From the NCBI RefSeq assembly GCF_001194135.2, contig NC_068983.1, positions 98,943,420 through 99,007,419 on the forward strand: a DNA stretch of 64,000 nt, written 5' to 3'. The notes under the pieces are model-generated. The model was not told the origin of the DNA and searched no databases. It worked only from the letters and a program-made list of their open reading frames with translations. The first letter of the stretch is position 1; each line of letters opens with the position of its first letter. The position numbers and the translations under genes were made by a program. Shown piece after piece: positions 49,292-62,960 of the stretch. This DNA is from Octopus bimaculoides (lineage: Eukaryota).

Positions 49292-52200
49292 CATAGCTTC
49301 CCAATGTGGGTGATATCACCCACCTGTGGGTGATGGTTGACTTTCTAGAAAATTGTGGGTGATTTGAGATTTTGGTGGGTGATGTAAACATTTTTAGAAA
49401 TTAAGTCTGCATTTACTTATATCTAGGCATGCCTAGAATAAGGATGCACTTTTATCAATTTGACTACTTACATGAGACATCCCTTTGTATTATAAAAGTA
49501 GATTTGTTTATTAACTGAATATTTTTGTCGCACAGTCATTGAGATGGTTGTCATATTTGCTAAAAATGCCAGCCAAATAGGCCCAGGCCTTAAATCATGC
49601 TCCACCAAATTTTTTTTCTTTGCATAATTGTATGAAGTCCCACATGTAGAATACAAATTTGCAAAAATTTTCTGAAAACTCAGACAAATGAAAAAGTTAT
49701 GAGGGGGTTATATGTCGTGCATATTTCTACAGTTTCGTATCAAAACACAAGTTGACAAAATGTGCAGGATGTTGACAAAATGTGCAGTCATGCACAAACT
49801 GACAGCTTTGAAACTGTGTTTCTTGACTGGGTGAAAATGATCAAGCTTTAAACCTCTATAACTTATTAAAAACATTTTTCTGGAAAAAGTTGAATAACTC
49901 GAGCAATTTAGCTTGGAAAGGTATATTAATGTGCCAAATTAAAAAAATTTTGATACACTTTAATCTTTGAAATGCTTGCAGCCAAATGAACTAGATCCAT
50001 ATTTGCTCCAGTAAAGACATGTTATCTGACTCTGCTCTATCGACTTTTCTTTAGGAATATCATACTGCTTTTCTGACCCCATCTGTAGAGATCTGTTTTC
50101 ACATTTTCACTTTACTGATGCCCCCAGTCAAGAAAATTTGTCAACAGTACAGTAGTGATTATTTATCATTTGGATTTATTCCCTCTCCTCAGAACTGTCA
50201 GTTACCAATGTGCCTTCTTTGCCATCAAACATTGACCAATGAAGCAATGAAACCTTCACGCTCGAGGTATCACTTTGATGCAAAGCATTCTGACAAGAAG
50301 GACAAGCCATTGTTATACTTTTTGTAACTGAGCACCTCTTTCAAAAAGCAAACACAAACAATCAACACACTACTCCAGGAAACAAGTAAGCAGGAGAATG
50401 ATGGGTTGAATGCACCGTACAACATCACATTGTTTGTTGCTAAGTCTGGGAAGTCTCACACAATTGCAGAAACATTACTTCACCTGGTTATCAAAGAGGT
50501 TTTGTCAACTATTATGCACCAAAACTCGATAACATTATGAAGAAGATCCCACTTCGTAATAACACGATTTTTTCGACACATTGCTGAAATGGCCAACGAT
50601 GTCAAACATCAGCTTATTAATATTCTCCAGCATTCTGAATTTTCTATACAAGTGGATGAGTCAACTGTTGTGGACAATCAATGTTTGATGATGGTATATG
50701 TTCAGCATTTCAGTGAAGACCTTCAACCTTCTGAGGAAATGCTGTTCACAGAGAAATTGCTACTTGATTCAAAAGGTGCAACTATTTTTCACACTCTCAA
50801 GTCTTTCCTTTTTGAATATAATATCCCACTCAGTAATATTCTTGCTTGTGCATCAGATGGGGCCCCTTCAATGATAGGAAGATACAGAGGTTTTTCATCT
50901 CTCCTAAAGTGTGAAATTTCCCATCAGATACTAACTGTTCATTGCTTGGCACATCAACAGCATTTAATGGCAAACAATATGAATGGTACATTGAATGATG
51001 CACTACAGCTAGTTATCAAGATTGTGAACAAATTGAAGTCCAGACTCTTACCTGATCGGATTTTTCTGAGAAATGATGAGGACTATACTAAATTCTTATA
51101 CCATACCAAAGTATGGTGGCTGTCAAAAGGAAACTGTCTTTTACGCTTTGTTGAACTGTTTCATATAATCATATCTTTCTATGAATATACTCCACTATCT
51201 ACTTCATTGTTGGTTGCAAGGTGCAATATCTTTTTTCCTTGTGATATATTCACAAAATTAAATTATTTGAATATGTTATTGTAAATCATTTACCACTACC
51301 TTCATTTCAAAATTGGTGCTGTATGAGACTAACATTTCAAAATATCAATTCTATCAATTTCCACAACTTGACTCTTTGAAAGATGAATTGGTTGATGAGG
51401 ATTTAACTACATGTCGCAACTATTTACATTGCACGATGGAATGATGGAGTGATTTCAAGATGTTATTGCACTGAATATTCCAAATTGGTATAGCAATCCA
51501 TTTGAAGTTGATGCAGTCGATTGTGCAGATGACATTCAGGAGGAATTGATAGAATTACGAAATGACAATGACGCCACAATGTGATATCACTGTAATGGCA
51601 AAGGTTTGTGGTAGCATCAAAGTATATTGAATTCCTACCCCAATCTGTGGAAACATCTGAAATTACTTTCCTACCTTGTACCTGGTTGAATCTAGTTCCC
51701 TACCTCGTACCTGGTTAAATCTGGTTTTAGTGATGTTGGAACTTTACTTTCCCATAAAAGAATTGAATTAGATGTGACACAACAAAGAGATTTGTGGCTA
51801 AAGTTGACAAGTTCGAAACTGTATGTACCTGCACTAGCTGCATCGCACCAGACACATGGTTCTCATTAAAAAGTTGTATTCTTTTCCTTTATAATACAAT
51901 CATTAATTGTTTTTGCATCAGTAGTTCTGATCAATGGTTCATTTGGGGAAAATAAAAATCAGTGTAAAAGAAAGTGCAAGTTTACCAAAGTTAATCTGTC
52001 TGCATAATATAAGCTTAACATTAGAAAAATTATTCTCACTAACAGCAAAACTAAACCCACAATAAGAGATTTGTAAACAACCACATATTTAGTCCAAACA
52101 GCACTAACCAGGCAATGAGTCTACAATATAGTGTATGTGTCAAATGATACAGGTGGTGGGGTTCTCCAAGAGGATTTAGTGTTAGGGGGATGGTTGTATC

Positions 52201-52293
52201 AGGGGTGTTTTTTACACAGGTGGGCAATGGAGCAATTTTTGGCCAATAAATGGGCAATATTGCAATTTGACGTGAAAAGTTTGGGAAACATTG
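49292..52293 (+). mobile_element. Full-length decayed hAT transposon, Buster/Charlie type
   Basis: Perfect 8-bp TSD CCTTAGAC at 49284-49291 and 52294-52301, with the central TA typical of Buster. Termini catagcttcccaa / ttgggaaacattg; subterminal gggtgat and gggcaat repeats; transposase inside. Confidence 0.92.
50118..51869 (+). pseudogene. Buster-type hAT transposase pseudogene (ZBED5/SCAND3/GTF2IRD2-like family)
   Basis: BED-type segment CLLCHQTLTNEAMKPS...HFDAKH; catalytic region FSIQVDEST, ASDGAPSM, HCLAH, WLSKG; C-terminus ...AASHQTHGSH*. Several stops and frameshifts. Confidence 0.92.
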
Positions 52294-52409
52294 CCTTAGA
52301 CAAATATCTTCTACTATTGTCCTAGGCCAACCAAAACCTTGTCAGTAAATTTAGTAGACAAAAACTGAAACAAGTCCATCATGTCCATATATGTATGTAC
52401 ACGTATAGT

Positions 52410-52590
52410 TACGAAGGGATACTGAAAAGTTCATGACTTTGGATAAAAGAAAATACAGGAGGATCAGTTAATTATGATTTTATTTAACATATTCCTCTTT
52501 CAGAGTCACACACTTATTGCAGCAGTCCTTCAGTTTTTCTAAGCCCTGTAAAAGAACTCGGAAAGTTGGACTTCCAACCAGACCTTTTAC
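52410..52590 (+). mobile_element. Mariner-like element end
   Basis: Starts TACGAAGGGATACTGAAAAGTTC, resembling mariner TIRs after a TA site. Confidence 0.5.
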
Positions 52591-55004
52591 ATTAAACTAG
52601 CAGAGATACCCAGCTTTGCCCATGTCACATGGAATTGAAGAATTAGACTTTTCTGTTATATTTTCTCTAATGAACTGGAATAGCTATGATTTGAATTTCA
52701 TCAAAATTGCAGATTAAGAATTTTAATGAGGGTTCTTTCCTTCTTTACGCACCCTAACAAAAATTCTAATCATGACATATTTATCCCATACTACTCATCT
52801 TTATGCCCAGATTCCAAAATCGAAATCTTATGAAACCTATTGAAAGGTTTTTGCTCCTGAGAAATGGAGCACATGGAGCTCTAAAATATGGAAGCTAAGG
52901 CTCCTATTGTGTGCGGGGGGGGGGGCGTCTTAAAGTCAACCAGAGAAGTTGAATTGTTGGGAATCTTTTTTAACTTGGGTCTTATATCTATAGCTCAAAT
53001 TTCTTTGAAATTGGAAATATATGAATGTTCACTGAGTTTGTAAAAGAGAGAAAATCTCAGTAAACCAAGAGACAAATGATCACACTAAGCAGTCAGCTAC
53101 CCTACCCTAGTTGTTACCACTCCCCAATCTAGGATTCCTCACCATACAGGTGATGGGCACAGTTGTAAGATGCATTACAGATCTATAGCGATTGGAAGAG
53201 CATGACCCAACTGAAATAAACTTTAACAACTGTGTGATGTGAGGGCTAAGGTGAAGTGAACGTGTCACCTCTGGAGTTTGCCAATGGTTACTATGCCGAT
53301 AGGTAACTGGACAGAATAAATTTACAATCTATAAATCTCTTTGAATAACCAGTCACTTATCTGGGAAGGCCTTGAAATCAATGTTACCATCTAGGGACTA
53401 TCTCTTACCCATTGATAATAAAAAGACTGAAAGGAGGTCTGCAATCAAATAACTTTACTCAATACTTTGCAACTGAATCAGTGGAGGCAAAGATGCCTCT
53501 CATTTACTTGACAATTTATGCACCACATTGCAGAAATCACAATGTAAGTATATCTCAAAGCAAACTCTTACAATGTTGTACTATTGAATTATAAATAACG
53601 CTCATCTTGATGCTTGGGTGACTCTACAGCTTCCAAGAGTACAATTGTATTCGTCTTGGCTTAGGATAAATGACTAAATTGTAAGACTTAAGCCCCCATT
53701 AGGTGATCTTACTAACTTCTAAGAAGTTGAAATTTTAGAAATATTACTTCAGTTGTGTCTAATATCTCATCATCACCATCATCATCGTTTAACGTCCGTT
53801 TTCCATGCTGGCATGGGTTGGACTGTTCGACTGGGGTCTGGGAAGCCAGGAGGCTGCACCAGGCTCCAGTCTGATCTGGCAGTGTTTCTAACACCAACCA
53901 CTCTGAGAGTATAGTGGGTGCTTTTTACATGCCACCGGCACAGGGGCCACAGAGAAGGCTGGCAACAACCACGATCGGTTGGTGCTTTTTACGTATCACT
54001 GGCATGGAAGCCAGTCAAGGTAGCGCTGGCATCGGCCACGTTCGGATGGTGCTTTTTACATACCACCGGCACATTTGATGTACTTGACTCAATAGGTCTC
54101 CTTAAGCACAGCATGTCACCCCATGATCCAAGGTACTTTTGAGTGGGCTAGGGCTGTTTATGTGACACTAGTGTAGTTACAGCTTTGAACTCACTTTATT
54201 TGCTGGGGTCTTCGCAGTCACAGCATACCTCCAGAGGTCTTGGACACGTAATACTGAAATAGTGGAAGAGATAAGAGATTGCTCTGGGCTCACATTAGGC
54301 AAGAAGTTGAACATTTTTTTGGCCCATGACACTACATGGACCCTAACTAAGATGTGTAAAATTTGAATGAAATTGGTTGTGTAGTTCTTGAGTTTTAGGG
54401 ATTCACACAGACACACACGCACACATTCTCATCTTTATATATAGATAGATAGATTAAACCAGGAACTTTTCAGCACCTCCTTGTATATGTATATGTGATT
54501 TTGTGTCCCTTTGTTTTGACATTATGCAATAAATATAAAATGAGCATCATCATTATGCAAGTAGTGTCCCTCATTTTCAGTCTTCCATGAAAACATGTCT
54601 GGCTATGGGGGAAGAATACTTTGCTTAGAAACAGGTGAGAGTTGGTGAGAGTTGGAAGGACATTTAGCCATAGAAAATCTGCCTTGATGAATCCCATCTG
54701 AGTTATGGAAGCATGGAAAAGTGGATGTTAAAATGATGATGATGATTTTCCTGAAATATCAAATGTATTATGATATTTTTGCAGATGACACTAATATACG
54801 TGACAACTACAGACATGTTTTGGTCTTAATTTATGTTGTTAATTTTATAAAAGTTTACTAGGTGCTTCTCTCCAGCCATGTGGTCTTGAGTTCAGTCTCA
54901 CAGTGTGGCACCTTGGGTAAGTCTTCTACTATAGTCCCAGACCTTGTGAGTGGATTTGATAGATGGAAACTGAAAAAGCCTGCCATACATACACACACAC
55001 ACAC

Positions 55005-55046
<42 letters not shown>

Positions 55047-55334
55047 ATAAGAGTGAAAAAACTACAGAAGGCTTGTGTTACATGGTTAAAGTATATATTT
55101 AAATTATGTCAGAAAAATGTTAGAAAAATGTTAGAAAATCTTTTTGGTATATAAACATTGTATTTTGAGAAATAACCGGTTTCGTGTTGTCTTTTCAAAT
55201 TTCTCTACTTCATTGTAACGTGTTCGCTACACACACAAAGATATTATTGACTCTGTTATTATCTAGTGTAACAATTAAAAATGATAATAACAGAATCAAT
55301 AATATAGGTGATTGCATGCCCAAACAAGCATTAA

Positions 55335-55424
55335 ATAGCTGAAGGATTAAAATTAATCAAAGGACATACTAAATAGGTAGACATACTTAGTATGTCCTTT
55401 GATTAATTTTAATCCTTCAGCTAT
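55335..55424. repeat. Perfect 38-bp inverted repeat with 14-nt loop
   Basis: atagctgaaggattaaaattaatcaaaggacatactaa (55335-55372) and its exact reverse complement (55387-55424), next to a 10-N gap. Confidence 0.95.
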
Positions 55425-56779
55425 ATATANNNNNNNNNNATTTTTGACTTGAGTCAAATATAACAAATTACTCTGTTGTTAAAGTGTCAGCGTAAGAGAG
55501 AATTTGTATGTATGTGTATGTGAATGTATGTTCCTTATGCATTCCAAAACCGAGTTGTTGATTTTGATGTATGGGATATCAAAAAATTCAGTAGGCTTTT
55601 GGCTACCAACTAAACTATATTTTCATTCACATATTTGCATTACAAAAATTTAACATTGTCATTTTTCTTTTAGTCACGTATCGTAAACAACATTTTATAT
55701 CACCACCACAACAATAATGACGTCACATTTTCTATGTGAGTGTGTTCACACGTTTGTTACCTACATTAGGCCAATGATTGACAAGTATATGTGTGTGATG
55801 GTGTATGTGTCTGTCAGTATTCATACATTTTTGTGACGACCGACACACACAGGGACAGAGATAGGCTTCAGGTGTGCATTAATATGTGTGTGTGTTATTT
55901 TATGTATGTAACTTTCTCCCATCCAACAGTGAAATGCACCAATATTGAAAGTTTAGTTGCAGCCTGGACATTAAACGAACAACAGCATCCACTTTGAAGT
56001 ACTATCAACATGAAGATTTGGCTGATTTAATAGCACTCAAAATACTCGCAAATATATCTGAAAAAAAAATGTTATTCTGGTTATTATAACAAATTCGGAA
56101 ACTTGGCAAAGTAGAAAACCTCAGCAGCTCTTTCAATATAATTACAGAAATGTTATTCCACTCTTTCTAACCAGTTTCAAGATAATTTTTAACAATCCTC
56201 CCAAGCTTGTTTGTGACTGTATCAATGTTGCACAACCTTTTTACTGCATTAGTCAGTATTTATTCTACAGCCTATAACATTACACAGTTAAAAAATATGT
56301 AGTAATGTCAAATTAATTTATATCTTGCTACATACATCCTTTGGCAAATATTTTAAAATAATATTACAACAACAGCATCTTCTTTTCTATATACTTGGTT
56401 CAGTGTTCATTTCAAAATTGTAAAATTATTTTTTTATGAAAAATTGAATTATGCTTTCTGAATTTTCTTGGACTTTCACTTTCTTCACTGTGATATTCAA
56501 TCATAAATTTTATAACATTTAGTACATGTTCCAAATAAATGTTGACTTTCTGTACTTTGTTACAATGGTGATGCATTGTAACTTTTGCTAAATTGGTGAC
56601 TTTCCATTTTTTTATAGCATAACTATGCTACAGAAAGTATGTTTTGCACCTATATTGACTACATTTCGTTTCACTTGAACTTCATATGTGTACATTTTGC
56701 TGTTTTCAACATTATCAATTCTATGAGTATGTTTCTGCGTTCCTTACATCTATAGTAAACTATAGTAAAGAACATTTTA

Positions 56780-56990
56780 CACTGTTTTAACTAGCCCACA
56801 TCTAATGAAGTAGCCCTCCTTATGGTTGCTGATCCCCATGAAAATCATGATATTCTCATTCGTGTTTGAGATAACAACCCTAAACATGTTTCACAGACTC
56901 ATCGTTCTTATCATGCTCTTATCATATTCTGTGGAAGAGACAAGATCGGTATCATTTCAATATTCCATGTATTGAACCTGCAACAGGATA
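56780..56990 (+). mobile_element. Helitron Rep/helicase remnant
   Basis: Reads EVALLMVADPHENHDILIRV*DNNPKHVSQTHRSYHAL, matching the Helitron EVAA...RDI...ISETHRSYDAL motif. Confidence 0.7.
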
Positions 56991-58009
56991 GCCAAATACA
57001 AACAAAGAGGTGTTGTCAAATGACTTCTATTCTTACCAACTGATGTTAAGACCAGAACAATCAAATCAATTACACATGTCAAATAAACTTTATTTTCATT
57101 TACATATTTTCTATGTTATTTCAATAACTAGCTATAATTATTTCAAATACACTTCTCTACAATGATCAGGTTTCATTAGAAAATGAAAATAGTTTCACAC
57201 TTTCAGTTTGAACCAAAATTACAAAGTGTTGCATTGCAAGAGTGACAAGAATATCTGAAATGAACTTAACTGCTCTCACAAACGAGAATACTAAAAATGA
57301 ACCCGACCACTCTCAAAAATTGAGTAAAAAAAAAACTGGAAAAATAATCCAGAATGCTTGTCCGGTACTAGATTGATCCCAAAATCTAATCAGTTTGTGC
57401 CAGTCATGAAGCCAAACATTCCTGAAACTTGCATCCAAATCCACCAGCAGTTCTGGAAATATCTTGTTCTGGACAAACAAACAAACAAACACAACTGAAA
57501 ATAATATCCCTTAATGAACTAAGGTGGAGGTAATAATAATCCTTACTGAGTTCCACAGTTCAATATAAATGTTCTTTTATATTTTATTTTTGACTTGTTT
57601 CAGTCATTAGACTTTGGCCATGCTGGGGCACTGCCTTGAAGAAATTTAGTCAAATAAAGCGATCCCAGTACTTGTTTTTTAAAGCTTGGTATTTATTCTA
57701 TTAGTCTCTTTTGCCAAATCGCTAAGTCATGGTGACATAAACACACCAACACTGGTTGTTAAGCAACTGTGGGGAACAAACACAGACAGAAAGACATACA
57801 TTAATATATATATTGTTGCTAAAATGCAAAAGTGTCGTAAGTCCAAAATGTTACTTTTTCAGAAAACGAAAAAATTGTTTCACCATTCCACAGCAAAACC
57901 ATTATACTACATTTTGATAATTTTTGATATCTTGGCAGCTGAAGATACAATAGTTTGAGCAAANNNNNNNNNNGGCAAAATTGGACATACAACAGTTTAA
58001 CATAATATC

Positions 58010-58052
<43 letters not shown>

Positions 58053-58329
58053 ACAAACTTCTTTCAGTTTCTGTCTACCAAATCCACTCACAAGGCTTTG
58101 GTTGGCCCAAAGCTATAATGGAAGACACTTGCCCAAGGTGCCACACAGTATGATTGAACCCAAGGCCATGTGACAGGGAAGGAAACTTCTTACCATACAA
58201 CCATGCTTGTGCCTTTGCTACTTATTTTTTTTCTCTATGATAGAATTGTAAATAAAGCTAAAATAAAGAAAAAGGCCAACAAAATACTCACTACAGTTCT
58301 ATATTTAAGAGAAGAGGAATTATATACAT

Positions 58330-58481
58330 TATTTACATTATCTACATTTGATGGGCATTTGTCCTCATCTTGTTTGTTGTTAACGCAACGTTTCGGCTGA
58401 TATACCCTCCAGCCTTCATCAAGTATCTTGGGGAAATTTCAAACCTGGGTTCTCATTCCTAAGGTATTTTTTTGCTGTTAT

Positions 58482-58549
<68 letters not shown>

Positions 58550-58562
58550 CAACAGCAACAGC

Positions 58563-58606
<44 letters not shown>

Positions 58607-58689
58607 NNNNNNNNNNNNNNNNNNNNNNNNNNNNNNNNNNNNNNNNNNNNNNNNNNNNNNNNNNNNNNNNNNNNNNNTTTTGCTGTTAT

Positions 58690-58763
<74 letters not shown>

Positions 58764-58776
58764 CAACAGCAACAGC

Positions 58777-58821
<45 letters not shown>

Positions 58822-58980
58822 AATAACAACAACAGTGAAAAATACCTTAGGAATGAGAACCCAGGTTCAAAATTTCCCCAAGACACCTGATGAAGGCTGG
58901 AGGGTATATCAGTCGAAACGTGTTAACAACAAACAAGATGAGGACAAATATCCATCAATTGTAAATAATGTAAATAATAT
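58330..58980. mobile_element. Two inverted copies of a Penelope-type repeat with hammerhead ribozyme motifs, flanking an (AAC)n(AGC)n microsatellite
   Basis: Plus copy 58882-58924: gacac CTGATGA a ggctg-loop-cagtc GAAAC gtgtt. Minus copy 58427-58382: gatac TTGATGA a ggctg-loop-cagcc GAAAC GTT gcgtt. Confidence 0.75.
58480..58832. repeat. Compound (AAC)n/(AGC)n microsatellite with assembly gap 58607-58677
   Basis: Directly visible. The block tttgctgttataacaac... is repeated on both sides of the gap, probably an unresolved assembly overlap. Confidence 0.95.
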
Positions 58981-61470
58981 AAAATACTCATTACAGAACA
59001 GAGAAGCCAGCTCACAACACTATTTCTGGCATTTCTTGTTTTCTGTTCTGAATTCAGATACCACTGAGGTCAGCTTTGCCTTTTGTCTTTCTGGGGTTAA
59101 TAAAAAAAGCAGCATTTAAGCACTGGGGTTGATGTAATTGACTAGCCCCTCCCTACTACAAATTTTCAGGCTTTGTTCCTATAACAGAAAGGATAATTTC
59201 TTATAAATTGCATTGTTTTGGCTGCTTTTAATTCAAAACTTAATTTTGTTTCACTTGTGCAGAACTGTTGCGCTTCAGCAGATAGATTTTACACTGTTTG
59301 CATATATACCACAGACTATTGATTTGAATTCATTTTGAGATGATTTGGGTATATGGTGCTGATGAGCTGAAATAACAGCAAAATATCAGTATCCACTGTC
59401 CTCATTCACTTACAGAGTGATTAGTTTCATCTAGTTTGAGGTATTCAATATTTTTTAACACTCATTGTCTTTTCCCTGGATGAATCTTTCAACCAATAAG
59501 TACATAAACTAAACATAGACATCAAGTTGAAATACTGGTAAAATTAAAACCACTTAAAATAATTAACATTTACAGCACAAGTAGTACTACATTAGAAATA
59601 CTTCAAGTAAATATTTTGAGTGCTGCTTCACTCAAATCCATAAAAGTAAGGCAACCAAGATATTTTGATTGATCAGCTTCATAAAATTTGAAAATAAAGT
59701 GCTTAATATTCTGACTCTGTTTAATGGCAACTGATGGATCATATATAAAGGTGAGTTCTATTGAGAAGCTCATATGAGACTAAGTAAGATAACCACTCCA
59801 TAACAACCATAATGTAACTACTTCAATTACCAGAAACTAGCATGATTTCTGGTGGCTGAAGTGGTTATGCCATTTAGTCCCAGATCAGTACATAATCAAG
59901 CTGATCATTAAACAATAGCATTCTGGCTATAAGCAACTTGTATTTTATTCAAACAGTATATCTTAGGTGTGTTATGAGCTCCATAATGGCAAAAATATGT
60001 CTGGGATTATCTCCCATATTTACTGAAAAAAAAAAAGAAGTCTATTAATCGCAACTAATTATATCTTTTTCTCTACACAAATTTATCTTGAATAGTTTTA
60101 TTAAAGCTTCATACATTAAATATATTACCCCATCCCCTGCCTATCTACATCTACCTATAATATACAACAGCTGAGCTATATATGGATCTATACCATAGCA
60201 TGCTTCACTGATATCTGGGGAAACAATTTCTATATATAAATATTTCAGCCTATTTCATTGGCCTTGACTTTGCCTATCAACCGTCTGTGCTCTAATGAAG
60301 TTAAATACCAGTTGTGTACTGGTATTTAATCAACTATACACATATCTTAAATCTGAGGCCTTTTATCAAGTTAGCAATCAATGTATACATCTTTGAAACG
60401 CTTCATACCTACATTATCATATTCATCATTGATTATATTCACTATTGAAATGATCCAAGTCTTTTGAGGACTACATTGTTTACTACTTCCTATATATCGT
60501 CTTTATTTTTCTGTCTTGTTATTGAAAAGGTTCATTTAATTTTTCATTATCAACACTCTTCTCTTTATGCACACACTTTAAATAACTGATCATACTTTCA
60601 ATCTCTCCTTTCTCTTTGACTATCTTACATCCTACCTCACTTTTATATCACTTACTATTTCTTTCTCTCTCTCTCTCTCTTTCCAAAGTTTGTTTGACAA
60701 ACATTTCTTTTTGTTTGACTAAGACAATACATGTTAGTCAAGGATATCTCCCTCAACATCATCTTTTTTCACTCTTGTCTACCTCCTCCTTTTCATCTTT
60801 CACATCATCATCATTCTTCTTCTCATTATCATCCCTGTCATCATTATCTTCCTTCTCTTCTATCTTTTTATCTGATCCTTATCTGTCACCTCTTTCTTCT
60901 CTTTACATATCACAATTCACTCCCACTTCTTCCTTGCCATCATCTTGATAACCTCCTTCATCATAAAATGCATACAAACAGTGTTAAATTCGCAATTATT
61001 AACTTATAGCAGTGGCCCAACATTGTATAGATCTCTAATTATTGTATAGCTATTACAAATTTGAAGGGACACTCTGGCTTCGGTTAGTTATATTGATTTC
61101 TAAGACTGGCACAGGACACTAAATTTGGGGGAAGTGTATCATCATCAGCAGCAACAACAGCAGCAGCAGCAGTAGCAACAGCATTTTAATGTCCACTTTA
61201 CCATGTTTGCATGGGTTGGACAAGATGTGTTGAGGCAAATTTTCTGCAACTGGATGTGTGGTTGTATACTTATACATACATACAAACATACGCACACAGG
61301 CATACGTACACACATTCATACATACTACACACACATATATATACGACTGGCTTTTATCTGTTTCCATCTATCAAGTCCATTCACAAGGTTTTGACCAGCT
61401 CAGAGAGAGAGATAGAGATATAGATAGATAGACATGTACCAAACACACGTCTCTTAGTCTCTCCCTCTTC

Positions 61471-61557
<87 letters not shown>

Positions 61558-61740
61558 GCATTGTTATTTGATGCTATTGAAAAGCTGGTCACTTTGTACC
61601 CAGAACAGTGGCCTTTGACCTCCTAGGGCAATAAAAAATTGAGAAAAATTCTTTCTGTACCAAAAACAAGGCATGCTCACAGAAGTTTATGTGTGCATGT
61701 ATGTATGTATGTGTGTGTGTGTATCTATCTATCTATGTAC

Positions 61741-62300
61741 ATATTTATATAAAGGGCATTATTACAGAAAATAATAACGCCACACAGTGGACTTCTCAAA
61801 ATAACCACATTTAGTACCTAATGCGAGGAAAAACAACCAACAGAAGACGACCAACTTTCTTTTAAATAAACTGAACTGTGTATCGGCCAATTTCGCGATT
61901 ACTAGAATGAATCTAGATTTCGTTCATCAGCACAGTATTGTCCCAAAAATATATATAAATAAACAGAATTCTCACCTCACCAAAAATGAACACACTACGT
62001 ATCCGACAGAGTAAAGGGAATGAAGTTTATCTGTATATATCTTCATCAAAGAAGTGGGAATACTTCCGGGTTGCTTCTGGGTACCCATGTGGAGACAGGA
62101 ATAAAAATTCAACATTGAATATATTCCGTGTATATATTTGATAAATAAATTCAAAAAGGGATAAAACTCTTTTACAAGAATTTTATCAAGAAGCCAGTGT
62201 GTAAAAAAATTCATAAGGGAAATTTCTATTCCCAAGAATATAATTATTCGTTTATATTTATATAAAGGGCATTATTATAGAAAATAATAACGCCACACAG
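61741..62300 (+). repeat. 47-bp direct repeats (61741-61787 and 62254-62300) bracketing a CpG-containing segment
   Basis: atatttatataaagggcattatta[c/t]agaaaataataacgccacacag, 1 mismatch. Confidence 0.9.
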
Positions 62301-62319
62301 AAAATAATAATGCAACCTA

Positions 62320-62960
62320 CCCAGGGAGGCAGGTTGCATGCTAATTACATGCATGTCCAATCAGATAATACAGGAAAGTGTCATATCTAATGATGGCATA
62401 GAAGTATTATCCTTAATGATTACAAGAGTAAAAGAAATATTTTAGAAAGAAGTGACTACAGAGGTATAAAACTGATGCACTAGATTATGAAAGTTACTGA
62501 AAAAGTTACAGCATAACTGCTTAGAAAAAAAATTAGTCCAGATGAGATGCAGTTTGGGTTTATGCTAGAATGGAGTACCACCGATACCCACCTTTGTCTT
62601 GAGAAGCTCTTCAACAGAGTTCCTTACACTGTAGTAGGGTGGTTGTTAAGAAAACTAGGGATAGAAAAATGGTTTATGATTGCCATACAAATATGGAGGT
62701 GCTTTCAATAAGAATTAGTTCAACAAGGAATTTAGGGTGCAGGATGGTATCCATCATACTTAATTCTTAATCATTTTCAGTTTGTTATAGTCCTTTCAGC
62801 CATAACAGAGGAATTTAAGACTGGTTATTCATGAGAACTCCTGTATGCTAATGACCTAGTTCTCATAGCTCATTTGGTCAAACATAAAAGAAAGGAACTT
62901 CCAAACTTAGAAATAAAACCTAGAATCAAGAAGTTTCAAAGAAAAACCTCCCAAAGATTA
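62320..62960 (+). mobile_element. Decayed RTE-like LINE RT fragment
   Basis: Frameshifted DYRGIKLMH, DEMQFGFMLEWSTTD and LLYANDLVL (YADDL-like) motifs. Confidence 0.8.

Noticed and set aside
58428-58886. Poly-Asn/Ser and poly-Leu ORFs
   Set aside because: These are translations of the (AAC)n/(AGC)n microsatellite, partly duplicated across an assembly gap.
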